DNA of 64,000 bases from Vicugna vicugna (taxonomy: Eukaryota), in contig MU058337.1 in assembly GCA_013265495.1 (NCBI GenBank), positions 2,944,686 to 3,008,685 of the forward strand, in the 5' to 3' direction. Below, piece after piece: positions 13,330 to 26,297 of this stretch (positions are counted from its first letter, which is position 1; each line of letters begins with the position of its first letter). Under the pieces are notes generated by a model, which was not told the DNA's origin, ran no database searches, and saw only the letters and a program-made list of their open reading frames with translations. The position numbers and the translations under genes were made by a program.

Positions 13330-13515
13330 TCCCTGCTACTTTGCATGGCACTGTGTCGTTTACGAGCACTGTGTGCATGTGCTTTATTGTATTTTGTTGC
13401 ATACGTGTCTAATTCTCTGCTGAACTGAAGATCAAGATGAGTTTTAACTGTCTTTGTATCCATCATGGTAACTGTACTCTGTGGATATCCAACAATTATG
13501 TGTTTATTTAAATCG
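13330..13515 (+). mobile_element. L2 3' end fragment
   Basis: TGTCT..TGAACTGAAG..TCTTTGTATCC..CAACAATTATGTGTTTATTTAAAT resembles the L2 terminus. Confidence 0.45.
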
Positions 13516-13871
13516 ACTTAGTTTGAGAATAGCTAGGAGTCATATTGAAAATTACGTTTTTTCCTTCTTTACACATTGGGATTGAGGTCAGAGATATAGC
13601 AGTCCTAGCTAAAATTAATTTTAGGCACTTCTATATATATGAAATTAATTAGCTTTTGTAGAGATTAATTCATGCAACAGTAAGATTATATCAAGCTGAT
13701 TATGATATATTATGCATAAAAATAACTATCAAAGAAGGGTTAAAATCAGTACATCTACAAAAATAAGTGAATAATTAAAAGATACTGTTTCTAATACTAA
13801 TATTAATCAAATAAAAGTATCTAAAACTAAAACATTTCCTTTGGGGAAACTACACGGTAATCATATTTACA

Positions 13872-13951
13872 TTAAGTTGAGTCATATGAAAATGCCAATA
13901 GTTTGCTGTTTTTAACATACAAAAATGGCAATTTTATACAGTGCAGCCCAG
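13872..13951. mobile_element. MADE2 mariner-derived MITE (80 bp)
   Basis: TTAAGTTGAGTCATATGAAAATGCC..GGCAATTTTATACAGTGCAGCCCAG followed by TA: degenerate inverted termini and MADE2 length. Confidence 0.8.
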
Positions 13952-14673
13952 TATATTATGTTTGTGCTTCCGTTTTCAGTTGTAAATCAAGGGAAAAAAG
14001 TTACATCTTTATCCACACTTGGTCCTCAAATTGCTTTTAGAAGGATTATAGATTGTGTAAAGTAAGTATTCAGCTAGTGGTTGTTTCCTTTAGCCACATA
14101 GTGACAAGAGGATGGCTACAAACAAAAGCAAATCCAGGGCACTTATTCATAAACTGTAATTCTCTGTACTTTCACACAATGGGCAACTTCCACCTGTGAC
14201 CTTAGACGAATGCTGGAGTGCATTGCGTGGATTTGGGCTTTATGTTGAAAAAGGGAAAAACAGAACCTGCCAGAGTTAATATAGCCAGATAATGCATGTT
14301 TGCTCCAGAAATGCACACCCCAAATAGAGCATATGCTGCACACAGCTGTAGTAACATAACCTCCATTTCTCACCACCGTGTGTTCTCCAAAGGCCAGCAA
14401 AGCTTAGCTTTATTTCATCGATCTTCATCAACAATTTACATGATACTTATAATTACAGGAATGAAATGCAATATAAAAATGAGATTTTAAAATGAATTTC
14501 CTTGCCCTGATTAAAGAAGTTTACATATATGTACATATTATATAAGTAAATTTGGAAGCACAAAAAACTGAGTGGGGGTAGAAATCAACAGTAACCCCGC
14601 AGCTCAGAGATATCCAATGTTAATACAGGGATATGAAACCTGCCATTTTTCTATGCATATATATGAACTTGGA

Positions 14674-15258
14674 TTTTTAGTTAAATGGATTTATCGTGAT
14701 ATAATTCACATACTGTACAATTCACTCATTTAAAGTGTAAAATTCAATGTTTTTTAGCATGTTCACAAATACATGCAGCCATCACCAGAGTCAAATTTGG
14801 AATATTTTTATAACCTTAAGAAAAATATTTCTATGATTTAACCATCCTCTGTTTTCTCCCTCTCCCCTCCTCCATCCCTAAATGACAACTCATCCTCTTT
14901 CTGTCCCCATAAATTTAGCTATTTTGAATTTTTGTATGAATGGAATCATAGAGTATGTGGGTTTTGTGAGTTTTTCACTTAGCGTAGTGTTTCCAAGGTT
15001 CATTCATGTTGTGATATCTATCAGTATTTCATTCCTTTTTAGGGCTGAATAATATTCCACTATATGCATCACATTTATTTATTCATCCCTCTGTTGAAGG
15101 ATATTTGAGTTGTTTCATGTTTTGGCTATAATTAATAATACATAAGTTTCTGCACAGACATCTATTTTCATTCTCTTGGCTATAGAACTATGAGTAGAAT
15201 TACTGGTTCATTTGGTAACTCTATCTTTAATCATTTGAGAAACTGTCAGACTATTTCC
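14674..15258 (-). mobile_element. L1MB-type LINE-1 3' end
   Basis: ATATAATTCACATAC..AATTCACTCATTTAAAGTGTA..TGGAATCATA..CAAGGTTCATTCATGTTGT..GCTGAATAATATTCCA..TTTGAGAAACTGTCAGACT. Confidence 0.9.
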
Positions 15259-16399
15259 TTTTGTTACTCAGCTATAGAACACTAATACAACAAATATCAA
15301 CTGGGGTTCCTCTGAGCCCTCTGTTCACAGCTACCTGTTATAGGAGGTAAAAACAGAATAAAGCATTTTCCCTATACTTCAAGAAATGTGAGTAGAGTTG
15401 AGAGAGAATAAATCACTTCTTTCTTCTCAACACATATACAATATCCATCCCTCTTTATTCTTTGCATAGACCCTTTCTGTTGCCTCCATGATATTATTGT
15501 TTTCTTGCTTAGAAATGCAAACTGCTCCATAGCGCTGGCAACTGAAGCTCTGGATTTGCACAGTGGATGAAGCTCAGTGTTTTCAGAGTGGATAGATATG
15601 GTTGTAATGCTTATGAAATGAGTAAAATAATGTAAAAAGAGTGAATTTCAATAAAAGAAACCATTCAAGAAGGCTTTATTGGCAAAAGATTGACTTATTG
15701 AACTAGAGTATATAAAACCTAAATTCAAAGTAAGTAAGAAAGATGATATCCTATGCTCTTCAACATAGATTAGGAAAATATATACAAATAAAATATATCA
15801 CTAAATAGCTATATTATCAGGGATAAATTGAAAAGTACTTATTTTAGTGTGTACATAGCAATATGGGAATTCAACATATGTAACTGTCTTTTTTTCCAAA
15901 TGAGACAATATATCCTCCTGAATCATTTTCCCCAAAACCTCAGCAAAAGCACAAAATAATTCTTCTCACCAGAGATAAAGGAATACAGTGCAAAGAGTTA
16001 TTTCACAAACATAGAGAAGTCAATATCAACATAAATGTTTTCCTATTTTCTGCAATTTGTCCTTCTATCCAAGGTAAGCTCTAGAGGTTTGAATGTTTGA
16101 AGCATGTAGCAAAATTTTAACATTTTAAATAAATATTTTGAGTATTTAAAAATTGAGTAACATTTCGCTGAAAGACAATCTGCAGACTTTTCCTTTTTGT
16201 TTTCTGTCTTAGCATCATTCATGTTATTATTATTTTTTGGGGTACCAAATGATTTTTGAAATATTACCAGAGAAATAACTAAAAGAAAATGCATATGATG
16301 TAGGTAAATATTTATCCATCCTTAAAGAGAACAAAAATAAAACAAATAAAATAACAAGTAGGGCAATTCCAGCCCAGATGGTGCTCCTGCTCAGCGGGA

Positions 16400-16620
16400 C
16401 AGGAAGGGAGCTGAAGCGACAGGACTTCACTGCGAATCCTAGAAGAGCCCCTGCATAGCTCTGTGAGCTTAGGCAGGTTAATTAAACTTCAGAGTATCAG
16501 ATCCCTCATGGTGAAACGTATTACGATGAGGTATGCCTACTTCACAGGGCTCATGTGAGGATTACGTGTAAAGTGGAAGCAACAGAGCTAACCATCACCC
16601 AAAGTCAGTAAAAGTTAACT
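16400..16620 (+). mobile_element. MIR SINE
   Basis: GAATCCTAG..TAGCTCTGTGAGCTTAGGCAGGTTAATTAAACTTC..CCTACTTCACAGGGCTCATGTGAGGATTA. Confidence 0.7.
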
Positions 16621-17086
16621 TACAAGCTCAAAGCCAGTCTTAGCAAGACTACAGTGAGTCAGATGGGAAATTGTATTCTCTTAGTGTGTAGCCTAAGAAT
16701 TTCTTGTCATAAAATACTATGTGAATTTGAAAAAAACATTCATGTACATGGGTGCATTTCCATTACATAAACATAGGCATATTCACACAGTGTTATTATA
16801 CAGACACAAATATATGTGCATATATATAATCTTTATACATACTCAAGGCAATTAGGAATGGAGGATGAGACTCCAAAAAGACTCAATTAAAAAAAAAAAG
16901 AGTAGGCAGCAAAGTCTAATCTATTTGTATGATGAGTTAACAAGGAGATAGGTGAAATGATCTGTTTTTAATCCCCTAAGAATAGGTACTCAAAGGTAAC
17001 TTAGGAAGTAGTACAACCGTCTTCCCACTTCTGTTGCACTGCCTGGGCATCATTATCTCCCCCTCCTAGGCAGAGAAATTTGGACC

Positions 17087-17634
17087 TGTTACCCTAAAAG
17101 GGGAAGGGAAAAGACCCCAGTTCTTGTCTTACCCAAAAGATGAGAATTCAGACGGGAGGTGGAGCCCTGTGTAGTGAAAGATTTTAAAGCATTTATTTAG
17201 CAAAAGGAAAGTACCCCTCCAAGTACAGGAGGCGGGCTAATCAAGGGCAGGAAAGCAGAGGTCTTCACCCCTTCCCTTATACCCTCAATCAGAGGTGGTC
17301 TTTTGATTGATTGGCAGCCCTTGCCCCAGGAATGCTTAGTCATGTTTGTCTCCTTTGCACATGTCCTTACCCATGATGCACACAGAAAACCCATGGAAGG
17401 GAGCTAAGCCACAAAGCTAACTGTATTACAGTGAGCACTGGGTCATGTCCGGTTAGGTCCTTCTCGCTGCTGTGCAGGTGTGGCTGTCCGGTTATAACCA
17501 GTTTCTTGCTGGTGCTCATTTAGAGGAAGTAAAGCCCCTTTATGCTGGGGGCAGGCATAGCGCCACCTTCCAGACCAGCCTCCCTCTCTTCCGCCTTACC
17601 TGCCCAGTGCCCCCACCCATCTAACCACCTAAGA
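17087..17634 (-). mobile_element. ERV1-type solo LTR (548 bp)
   Basis: Termini TGTTA..TAAGA (decayed TAACA); 4-bp TSD GACC at 17083-17086 and 17635-17638; minus-strand CCAAT (17310-17314), TATAAG (17276-17281) and AATAAA (17192-17197) in LTR order. Confidence 0.85.
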
Positions 17635-20600
17635 GACCCACTAAGTTCCAAATGTGGCAGAAACACTATTCCCAGGTACTGTTTTGATATCCATACTCAA
17701 AAAGACGATTTTCACAAGTTACTTTGCTCTAAAATAGCTCTAGTCTTTACATGAGCCTAGTTCCTTATTACTTTGATGATCCACTTTGGTTAATAGTATT
17801 AGAAGTGATACTATAAAATTGCGTTCCTGACTATGCAAGAACTTACATTTTTGTTTGGAGGCTTCATTTTGTTTTATTCCTCAATATCTTGCATTTATCT
17901 TATGTTAACTCTTCTAGAACCTTAATAATTTTTCTTTCTCCCATCCCTGCTCTGTTCAGTAGTGAGAAAAAAATTGTAAAAGTAACTAAAACTACATGAA
18001 ATCAGGTTAAAGTTGGAAAACCAAATAAAACTACAAATACAAGTTTATAAAAGCTTTAACTCTCCTTCAACAGATTCACTTTATAATTGTTAAAAAAATA
18101 TAGAAGTTGTAATGTAAGCGACCTGTCATAAATTCAAGTGACTTTTGTCAGTTAGAAAACATGTTTCTTGCTGTTTTATGGAACAGATGAAGCAGGAAGC
18201 AATCTTAGCGTCATGCCATTGGCAGTTTCAGAAGCAGCCACAACAGAAAATGTCTGAATAGCTAATACTTTGGGGATGATTCAAAACTGCCATTAAAGTC
18301 TGCTTTGCATTACGGTGTGACAACAGTAGGCATGCTATCCCATGCAAAGGGGAAAAAAAAAGGTGGGGGATGAGAGTGGATTTATCTTGTGTTATAAAAA
18401 CTGACACCTTCTTTATATGCTGGGTTCCTTCATCAAGGCATTCCAGAATTGCTTCTGCCATGCCAAACCTTCTTCTATTTTGTTATAATTAAAATATACA
18501 CAGACTTAAAGAATGTAAACCTGCTATTAATAGTATGACTTTGGGAAGTGTTCTCTCCTTCCTAAGCAGCATTTAGTAGGAAAGAATTGACATGAAGGAA
18601 CAGCCAATAAATGTTACAGCATGTTGATTCAGAAAGGTTTATATAAAACATTTTAAAGGTCAGAGAAAGGCATGAGTACATTTCACCGCACAAGTTATGT
18701 ACCAGGTAATATTTAGTGTCAATCATCATTAAGCTCATACAAAAGAATCAAAATGAACAGTCACCCTCGCCAGACACCCCAAAGTGGAGGGTAGGGCAGA
18801 GGTCCCCCAGGTGAGGGAGATCTGTCTGTGAGCCACCTTGTCCCACTGTCTCATTGTGGTTGATGGAGGCTGTGACTCAGTTCAGCCTTCTGGCATTCAT
18901 AAGCTGCCTGCTTTCCCTGTCTGCTTATCCATCTGTGCAAATGGGATTCAGTGTGACTTTAAATCTGTCTGAAAATGAAATTCAGTTGCAAGGTAAGAAC
19001 TGTTAATAGAAGTGAGCAAATGGAATAAAAAGGTGTTGATACGGTAAATTGTAAGTTGACTTCACACAAATATCTCATTTTAATGTGAAATTAACCTACA
19101 GCCACAATAACTCTCCTATAATAGGTGCTTTCCCATCACTAGTTTACCTGTGACTCTGGAAACTGCTTATATCTTATGCAAAACCAGATGCACCTCAGGT
19201 CACAGTCAAGGTGACGGAAGTTTTAGTAGCTGTTAGGCCACGTATCTTTGCCTTTTTCAACGTAAGGAACATACTGTACCATACTGTTTTCCCTCTCGTA
19301 TAAGATCACCTTGATTTCAAGCACAAAAAGCAGCTACCTTTATTTTGCTGTAATTTCTTAAGTTGTACATTAGGCTGCCCTGGTTGCAGTTGAGTTTAAT
19401 TTCATCTGTGTATCTGCCGCCACCTCTGTTGAATTAGATTAGAGGATCTTTTTCAAAACGATCTTGGGGAGTTGCTGTGCAATTTTCACACAGAAACTGG
19501 TAAGGTTAAAGACCCATCCCTTTTATTTGTGGAGGGGAAAAAGGAGAGAAAAAAAGTTTACATATCTGACAGGCTGCCTAAATAAAACTTGTATTAGTTT
19601 AAATAAATTAAACCATTTAGAAGCTAACTACTTATGAGATCTTTGCAAAGAGTCACACCACAAAGTTATCTGAAGCCAACTAACTTTTATCCACTTTGCT
19701 GGCATAGCAAACATCTCCAGGAGCCTAACTTAATTTGGTTTTTTTAAAGTGCCCGATTTTTTCGATCTTATAAATAAAATGAATATTAATGTTTATAGCA
19801 GCAGGAGCTATATCTGATTGTGCAGAGGAGCACCACAATGAATATTTAATATGGTGTCCACTTAGGGTACCTAAATATAATTACTGGCATCTGTCCAGCT
19901 GAAGAAAAAAGAAGTGGGGGAGGAAACTACATACTGCTTATTTTAATTAGGTGAAATTATGTGGTTCAATAAAGCATGACAGCCTGCATAATGAGAGGAG
20001 AGACCCATGTTTATGGGAGAATTATTGGTGACAAAAATGTTGGCAGTATGCATGTTTTACTGAGGCAGTTGAAAGCCACTGTTTTATCTTCTCACTCATA
20101 ATTTCCTGTAATGCCTTTTAAAAATAAACTGATATTAAGCAAGAGAAAAAATATAGGGATGTATGGTTTTTCTTGTTTGTTTTCTCTGTTTAACAAAGGT
20201 GAAGATAGTATGTTTGGAGTATTTCTGAAGATGATCTAAAAGTTGCCAATGACTCTCTGTCTCTGTCTCTCTCAATCTCATCTCACTGCCTCTCTCTCTG
20301 ATTGTTTCATATGTATTACATATACATATGTATTATATATATATATACACATAGATAAGTATATATATAGTTGTTTTTCCTTTCTTAGAAAAAAAATCTT
20401 TAGGAAGGATTTGAAACAGAAAAAAATGAAGTAATAGGATGTATTATAAAATAACAATGATTATTGCTCCATTTTTTTCTTCTTTCCCAATCATTATTTA
20501 GAGAGATACTCAAAATGGTTAGTTCATATTTATCACTCTATAATTTTGATTAAAATTATATTTAATTTAAAGCATATTTTATAAAGGTAGCTTTATTTGG

Positions 20601-21004
20601 TAGTATTGAGACTGTGTGGGAATAAAGCACTTTTTTCCCAATGGCTAGCTTGTAATCTTGCTTTAAAATGTTACTCTCTCTCTCTCTATATATATATATA
20701 AACACAATATCATAGGCTAAAATATGAATATTGATAAATACTGCTGTTTAAAAAAATTCTGTCTGGAAAAAACATCATAATCAACAGTTTAAAAAGCATT
20801 ATACAAACTGAAGAAGAACAGAAGAAATATCAAACTATTTCTTTATTTGGTTAATGTGTAAAATTTTGTAAATCATTAAGAAGAAAGCAAGTATGTTCAT
20901 AGAAATTGTATAATGAGAGCATATGAATCACAAAAAAAAGACAAGGCTCAGTAACCAACTGATACGAAGAGTTATATCTAATTACTCAAGAAATACAAAT
21001 TATA

Positions 21005-21314
21005 GGAGGCGATCAAGATGGCTGAGTAGGAGGATGTGGAATACACCTCCCCCAAAAAACACATCAAAAATACGACTACATGTGGAACAGCTCTCACTGA
21101 AAACTAACTGTAAATTGGCAGAAAGGCTCTTGTCCAAGCAAATCTGTAAGAAAGGGCCACATAGAATCAGGTGGGAAGGGAAGAGAAGTGATGAGGTCAG
21201 TACCTGTGCCCATGGACGGGACTCAGAAAAGAAGGGAAGTAACACGCACAGAGCTCCTCCCTCGGGAGTGAGGAGTTTGAGCCACAGGCTGGGTGCCCCA
21301 GCTCTGACCCAACA
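21005..21314 (+). mobile_element. L1 5'UTR start (laurasiatherian-type)
   Basis: GGAGGCGATCAAGATGGCTGAGTAGGAGGATGTGG..CACATCAAAAATACGACTACATGTGGAACA: typical L1 5' terminus with the YY1-type AAGATGGC motif. Confidence 0.8.
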
Positions 21315-21674
21315 GTGATGAAGGGCATGGAAGATGATACAAAGGAATAGAAAGATACCCTGTGCTCTTGGATTGGAAGAATTAATATTGTTAAAATGGC
21401 CATACTACCCAAAGCAATCTGCAGATTTAATGCAATCACTATCAAAATACCAGTGATATTTTCCACAGAACTGGAACAAATAATCCCCAAATTTGTACAG
21501 AACCATAAAAAAACCAAAACTTCCAAAGCAATCTTGAGGAAAAAAGAACAAAACTGGACATATCTTGCTCCCTGACATCAGACTATACTGCAAAGCTGCA
21601 GTAATCAGAGCGGCATGGTGCTGGCATGGAAACAGACAGGTAGATCAGTGGAACAGAACAGAGGGTCCAGAAAT
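21315..21674 (+). pseudogene. Inactive L1 ORF2 fragment (region just C-terminal of the RT core)
   Basis: Translates as [89 protein letters not shown], i.e. L1 ORF2p motifs with a stop and a frameshift. Confidence 0.95.
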
Positions 21675-23929
21675 GTAAAATCTGAAGAACCACCTTGAAT
21701 AAAATTTGAAAATTAAAAGGAAATAGGACAAAAAAATGAAGAAATTGGTTTATTGAACGCTAAAGAAATACATAAGAAAGATAAAATTATCTCATCACTG
21801 ACTAGATTTCAAGACACTTGAAAGAAATATCCAAAAGCCAATTCAAAAATAATCATTGAAGAAAAGTAGGAAGCCAATCAAGAGAAAAAGAATGTGTTTT
21901 AAAAAAATCAAAACTCTAAGGAGAAAGTGGTGAAAATAGAAGAAAGCCAAAGGAGGGGTATCACTCCTGTAATCTGGCATCCTTAGGAAACAGGAACAAA
22001 ACAATGGAGAGGAACAAATATTTAAATCATTAGCTAAGAAAACTTTCTAGAAATAAAAGAAGACCTAAATCATTATAGTGAATGACCCATAAGGTACATG
22101 GAAAATTTAACTCTGGTAAGGAATCTCTGAGACAAATTTTTATGTAACTATTTGATTTCAAAGATAAAGCAAAACATCCTTAAGACTTTGTAAGGGTAAA
22201 ATTTTAATGTGAAATCACAAGTCAAAAGGGAAAGTTCTAAGGAAAAAGATTAACAACAGGAAAACACAAACTCATTTTCTTGCGCTTGTAAATCCAGATT
22301 CTTCCCTTCAAGCTTCTATGTCTTCTCAATGTATTACACTTCAATGTTGGTAGGATAAGGGTGTGTTCAATAGACTGTTTAAATGACTTTTCCATATTAA
22401 TAACTTCTGATTTTTTTATTCATTCATTCGTTTTCTTCTTTTTTGTCTAAGAAATACCTATAACTGATATTAAAGGGTATTAAAAAGATAAAAATAATTC
22501 TGCATAAACATCAAGTTACCAGTTTTAATACCTCTATCTAAATTTGTGATTCATATGTAATATTGTGTGACGTACATAATTCTTGAGGGGGGGCTTAAAA
22601 TTTGAGGTATCCAGAGATCTCTATAAGATTTGTTGTATTAAAACTATCTGTTTTCTGTGTAAGTAAGATGGTATCCAAGGTTATTATTTCTGACGGAGGT
22701 GGGAGGGAACTATATAAGCGATCCTAATGACCTCAGAAGGTCACCATGACAGGGTGATCTTAAATACAATTCGCCCCAAATCTATCCTTGCTAAGATTAT
22801 ACATTCTGCTTTTTCTCTAGTATCTGAAAGATCTGATGTCTAAGTTGAAAATCATGCTTTTTCAGCTGGTACTTAATTTTAATCGTAATCATGATTAAAG
22901 TTCAATATAGGAGACTCATAATAAATGACAGCAAATAAATCATCCCTTAACTCTGCTACAATTAACTCCACAAAACATGGATGAGGGACAGAGTTTGTAA
23001 ATAATGATAATTTAGACTGGCCATTTGGGATCCCATTGCAGTTTCTGTGCAATATTTAATTTTCTTATTATATTATTAGTTACAAAATTTGAATTTTAAC
23101 TTAAAAGAGAAAAGTAAACAAAAAATTTTAATTGTCCAAATTTACTGTGCATGGTGTTATTTAAAAGTCACAACCTAGGTGATTTACATTATCTTACATT
23201 TTCTCTAAACAATATTACAACAAATTCCATACTGTCCGCCTCCCTACACATCACTTACCCTCTTCACCTACTCACCTACCTACCTACACACACGCATACA
23301 TTTACTTAATTTCAAAATATTAGAACTGTCTTCAATGGTAATTTGGCATTCTAATTAAAAATTCATGTTGAAAGAAAGTGAATCACTCACTGGACAATGT
23401 AACACCCATAAAGGATTTTCAACCAACTCGGTTAACCTGACCCCTAGATGCATTCTGTTTCATACTAGCTGCTTCTTGACTGTTAGAAGCACCAACTATT
23501 TTAACATACTTAATAAAAATGCATTAAAAACTCTGTGTCCTATTTTGAGCTCAGCTTTAATTTACACTCACATAAACTCTACGAGTTCTTCTCCAGAATT
23601 TTATAAGAAAATGTTAGATTTTATAAAGCTTTTCTAGCGAGTCACGTATACAGGTTATCAAAGAAACTCAGTTAATGCATGTGCTCCTTGACATCGAAAG
23701 TATCAAGAGAGAAGAGAAGCTAGAAATACTAGTGACTGACACTTCTCCTTTTTAAAAAGATCCCCCTGTAAGGAGCACGAATGACCTTGCTGATTGGGAA
23801 GTTGTCTAAAGCGTCTAAAACTCCTCAAAAGGGAATTGGAACACAGCTTGTTATTCCTCTTTTCGTGTAAAAATTCTTTATTGTTGGTAGGTGTCAACGC
23901 CTCAGATCTCGAAAGCCTACAAAGTAACC

Positions 23930-24103
23930 TTTCACATTTCACTGTATTTAGGTTCAGCCAGACAATGAGCAGAACGTGACTGTACTGTACCATAAGGGCA
24001 CTGACTGTTTCTGGTCTTCCCTGAGCACCGTCTCTTTATCCCCTACCAGACTGCCCAGAACACTGTAGAAGCACCATACATATTCATTGAATGATTTCAA
24101 TGA
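23930..24103 (+). mobile_element. L2 3' end fragment
   Basis: GACTGTACTGTACCATAAGGGCA..TCTCTTTATCCCCTA..CATATTCATTGAATGA. Confidence 0.5.
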
Positions 24104-26189
24104 TTTCCTTCTTTTTTCACTGCGCACACACGTATTCACATTTTAATTTAAAACAGTAAAGCAATCACCTGCCAGATAATTACAAAATGTTTACTCTTCA
24201 TTTGTAAAAAAAAAAAAAAGTAAAAAGATTACTTTCCCTATTCTAGCTATGTAGGGTTTATATCATACTTAAGGGCAAACATATTTATTTAATCTTGACC
24301 TTTAAAATCTACTGAGCTATCAATAGTTTTCCTTCCCTGTAATTGTTGTTACTAATTTTAAACAATGTTTTATTCCATCAATCACAGGTAATAGCACGAC
24401 TAATTGACGAGAGATGCTTTTCTGAAAATGCTGTTGTTCAACTTCTTTGATTGGGCTAATTATCCTTATTTTCCTTGACCGCGTCCTTGTTAATTCTCAG
24501 CTGACAGTAATGACCACTAACAGTGAGAGACGGATGGGCTGGTAGTGGATCTTGTGCCTGACTCAGCCGTTAGAATGCTGGCGATTTTAGCAGATGCTTC
24601 ACTTCCTTGCACCAGTGAAATCCATACCAGCAAACACCCCCTTGCTTTTAATGATGGGGTGGCTGAAAATCAGCATGAGAAAGTTTCCACGTGACACGCA
24701 GGTTAAAGTGCTAACAGATTTCAGTTCCTGTGCTTATTTTTGGTGCTGAGTAGAGCACCCAGCAAAGCAAGGCAAAGAACCGGACTCCAGCCCAGCGTGT
24801 TAGTCTGCGGCGTCCCCTCCGTCCCATCCTTAACATTTGTTTCTTGACCTGACCTCGCCTAGCCCAGGGCTGGGGTTCTGAGCAGTTCAGTGGTGGAGGG
24901 GGTCTGCCCTTCTCAAAGGACCTGCTGGGTCCCTCTGGGAGAGGCGTTCATTCAAGAGTTCTGAGAACAAGAGCCTTTTCATAACCTCAATTACCACAGG
25001 GTCAGTATGCAACCGGGCGTTTCCAGCGGTACTTGGCCTGCCTGGCAAGCAGCTGTGGCCCAAAAGCTACTCTGAAACCAAGTTAAACTGTCATCAGCGT
25101 CTGTCTCTTAATGACAGCAGCAACAGAGGATATTTTCTGATAATTGGCTTTTTGAGCAACCAGACCCGGGATCTGACTCTTGAACAAATAAAGCCTTGTC
25201 AGGATTAAACCCCCATTAGTAATTCATAAGAAATTTCTGTCAAGTTTGTGTGTGTGGTTTTGATAGAACAAAAGAACATTAATTTCCTGGCTACAAGACC
25301 TCATATGCTTTACATTTATTCATGCACTTTACCAAAAAAGGTATATTGCATCTTTCTAATAAATATATTTATGGTCTGCCATGAGATTCATGCATAAGAA
25401 TGGAAAATTAGCCTGAAGCTGATGGCATCTTGTCAATTGACTGAGGATCGTTCGATCTCCCCAGTGCGTGTGCATTCAGTGAGGTCTTGCTGTAGGTCAA
25501 AACTGCGGTATGAAAAGTTCATGAGGATGAAACGAATCAAGGCATCCGGTTAGATTAAAAACAATGTTCAGCTTGGCAAACACTGGGTTGGACTGTTTCA
25601 AATCAAAAGTGAAAACTTAACCAAATGGTTTAACTTAAGGTCTACTATATAGCCTTATTAAAGAACTGAATGTGTTGTAGTCACATCCATTTGGATGTTT
25701 ACGATATCTCATAAACATACATGTTTTATGCATTATGAAAGCCTCCTTTGATCTCTCCCGAAAACCACAGCCTCACTGACGATTGCTTTAGCTTGACAGT
25801 GTTTTGGAGAAAATCCATTAAGGCACACAGAAAATCACATGCTATCACTTTGAGATAATTTATTCTGGAAAAAAATTGAGTTTTGCCTAAGATAGACAAT
25901 TTAAATAGTGAATTTTTATAATGCTATTATTGCTAATAATTGTACATGTGTGTCAAATTTAAACAAAATGTTTAGTGATATTACCAAACATTTAAAACTC
26001 CAGTAGCACACATACAAAATACCAGTCCATTCCTGTTTTTAGTATACTGGCATTTCTGCACAGTGAGAAGTATGTCTTAGTATATAAAACTCCCCAGGAT
26101 TTTCCATCCTTCTTTCCCATCTCGCTTATAGGTTGTATCTTGTTCTTTCAATTATTTTTTGTAATTGAAGACCTCCTCATAGGCCAGGC

Positions 26190-26297
26190 TTACTCCCAGG
26201 GGTCCAGGCACCACTTTAGGCTGTGCTATGTCTCTAGTGCCTAGAACAGTGCCTAATACAGACAGACAGATGCTCAGTGCTTGTTAGAAAGTGAACG
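26190..26297 (+). mobile_element. L2 3' terminus
   Basis: TCTCTAGTGCCTAGAACAGTGCCT..AGATGCTCAGT. Confidence 0.7.

Larger units (their letters stand above)
20880..22190 (+). mobile_element. HAL1 (ORF1-like half-L1) relic, interrupted by L1 at 21005-21674
   Basis: A-rich; GAGAAAGTGGTGAAAATAGAAGA..AACAATGGAGAGGAACAAATATTTAAA..AAGAAAACTTTCTAGAAATAAAAGAAGACCTAAATC..TTTCAAAGATAAAG match recalled HAL1. The part upstream of the L1 is less certain. Confidence 0.65.

Noticed and set aside
16050..16082. TCCAAG|GTAAGC acceptor-donor juxtaposition
   Set aside because: AAG acceptor and an interrupted pyrimidine tract; not distinguishable from background.
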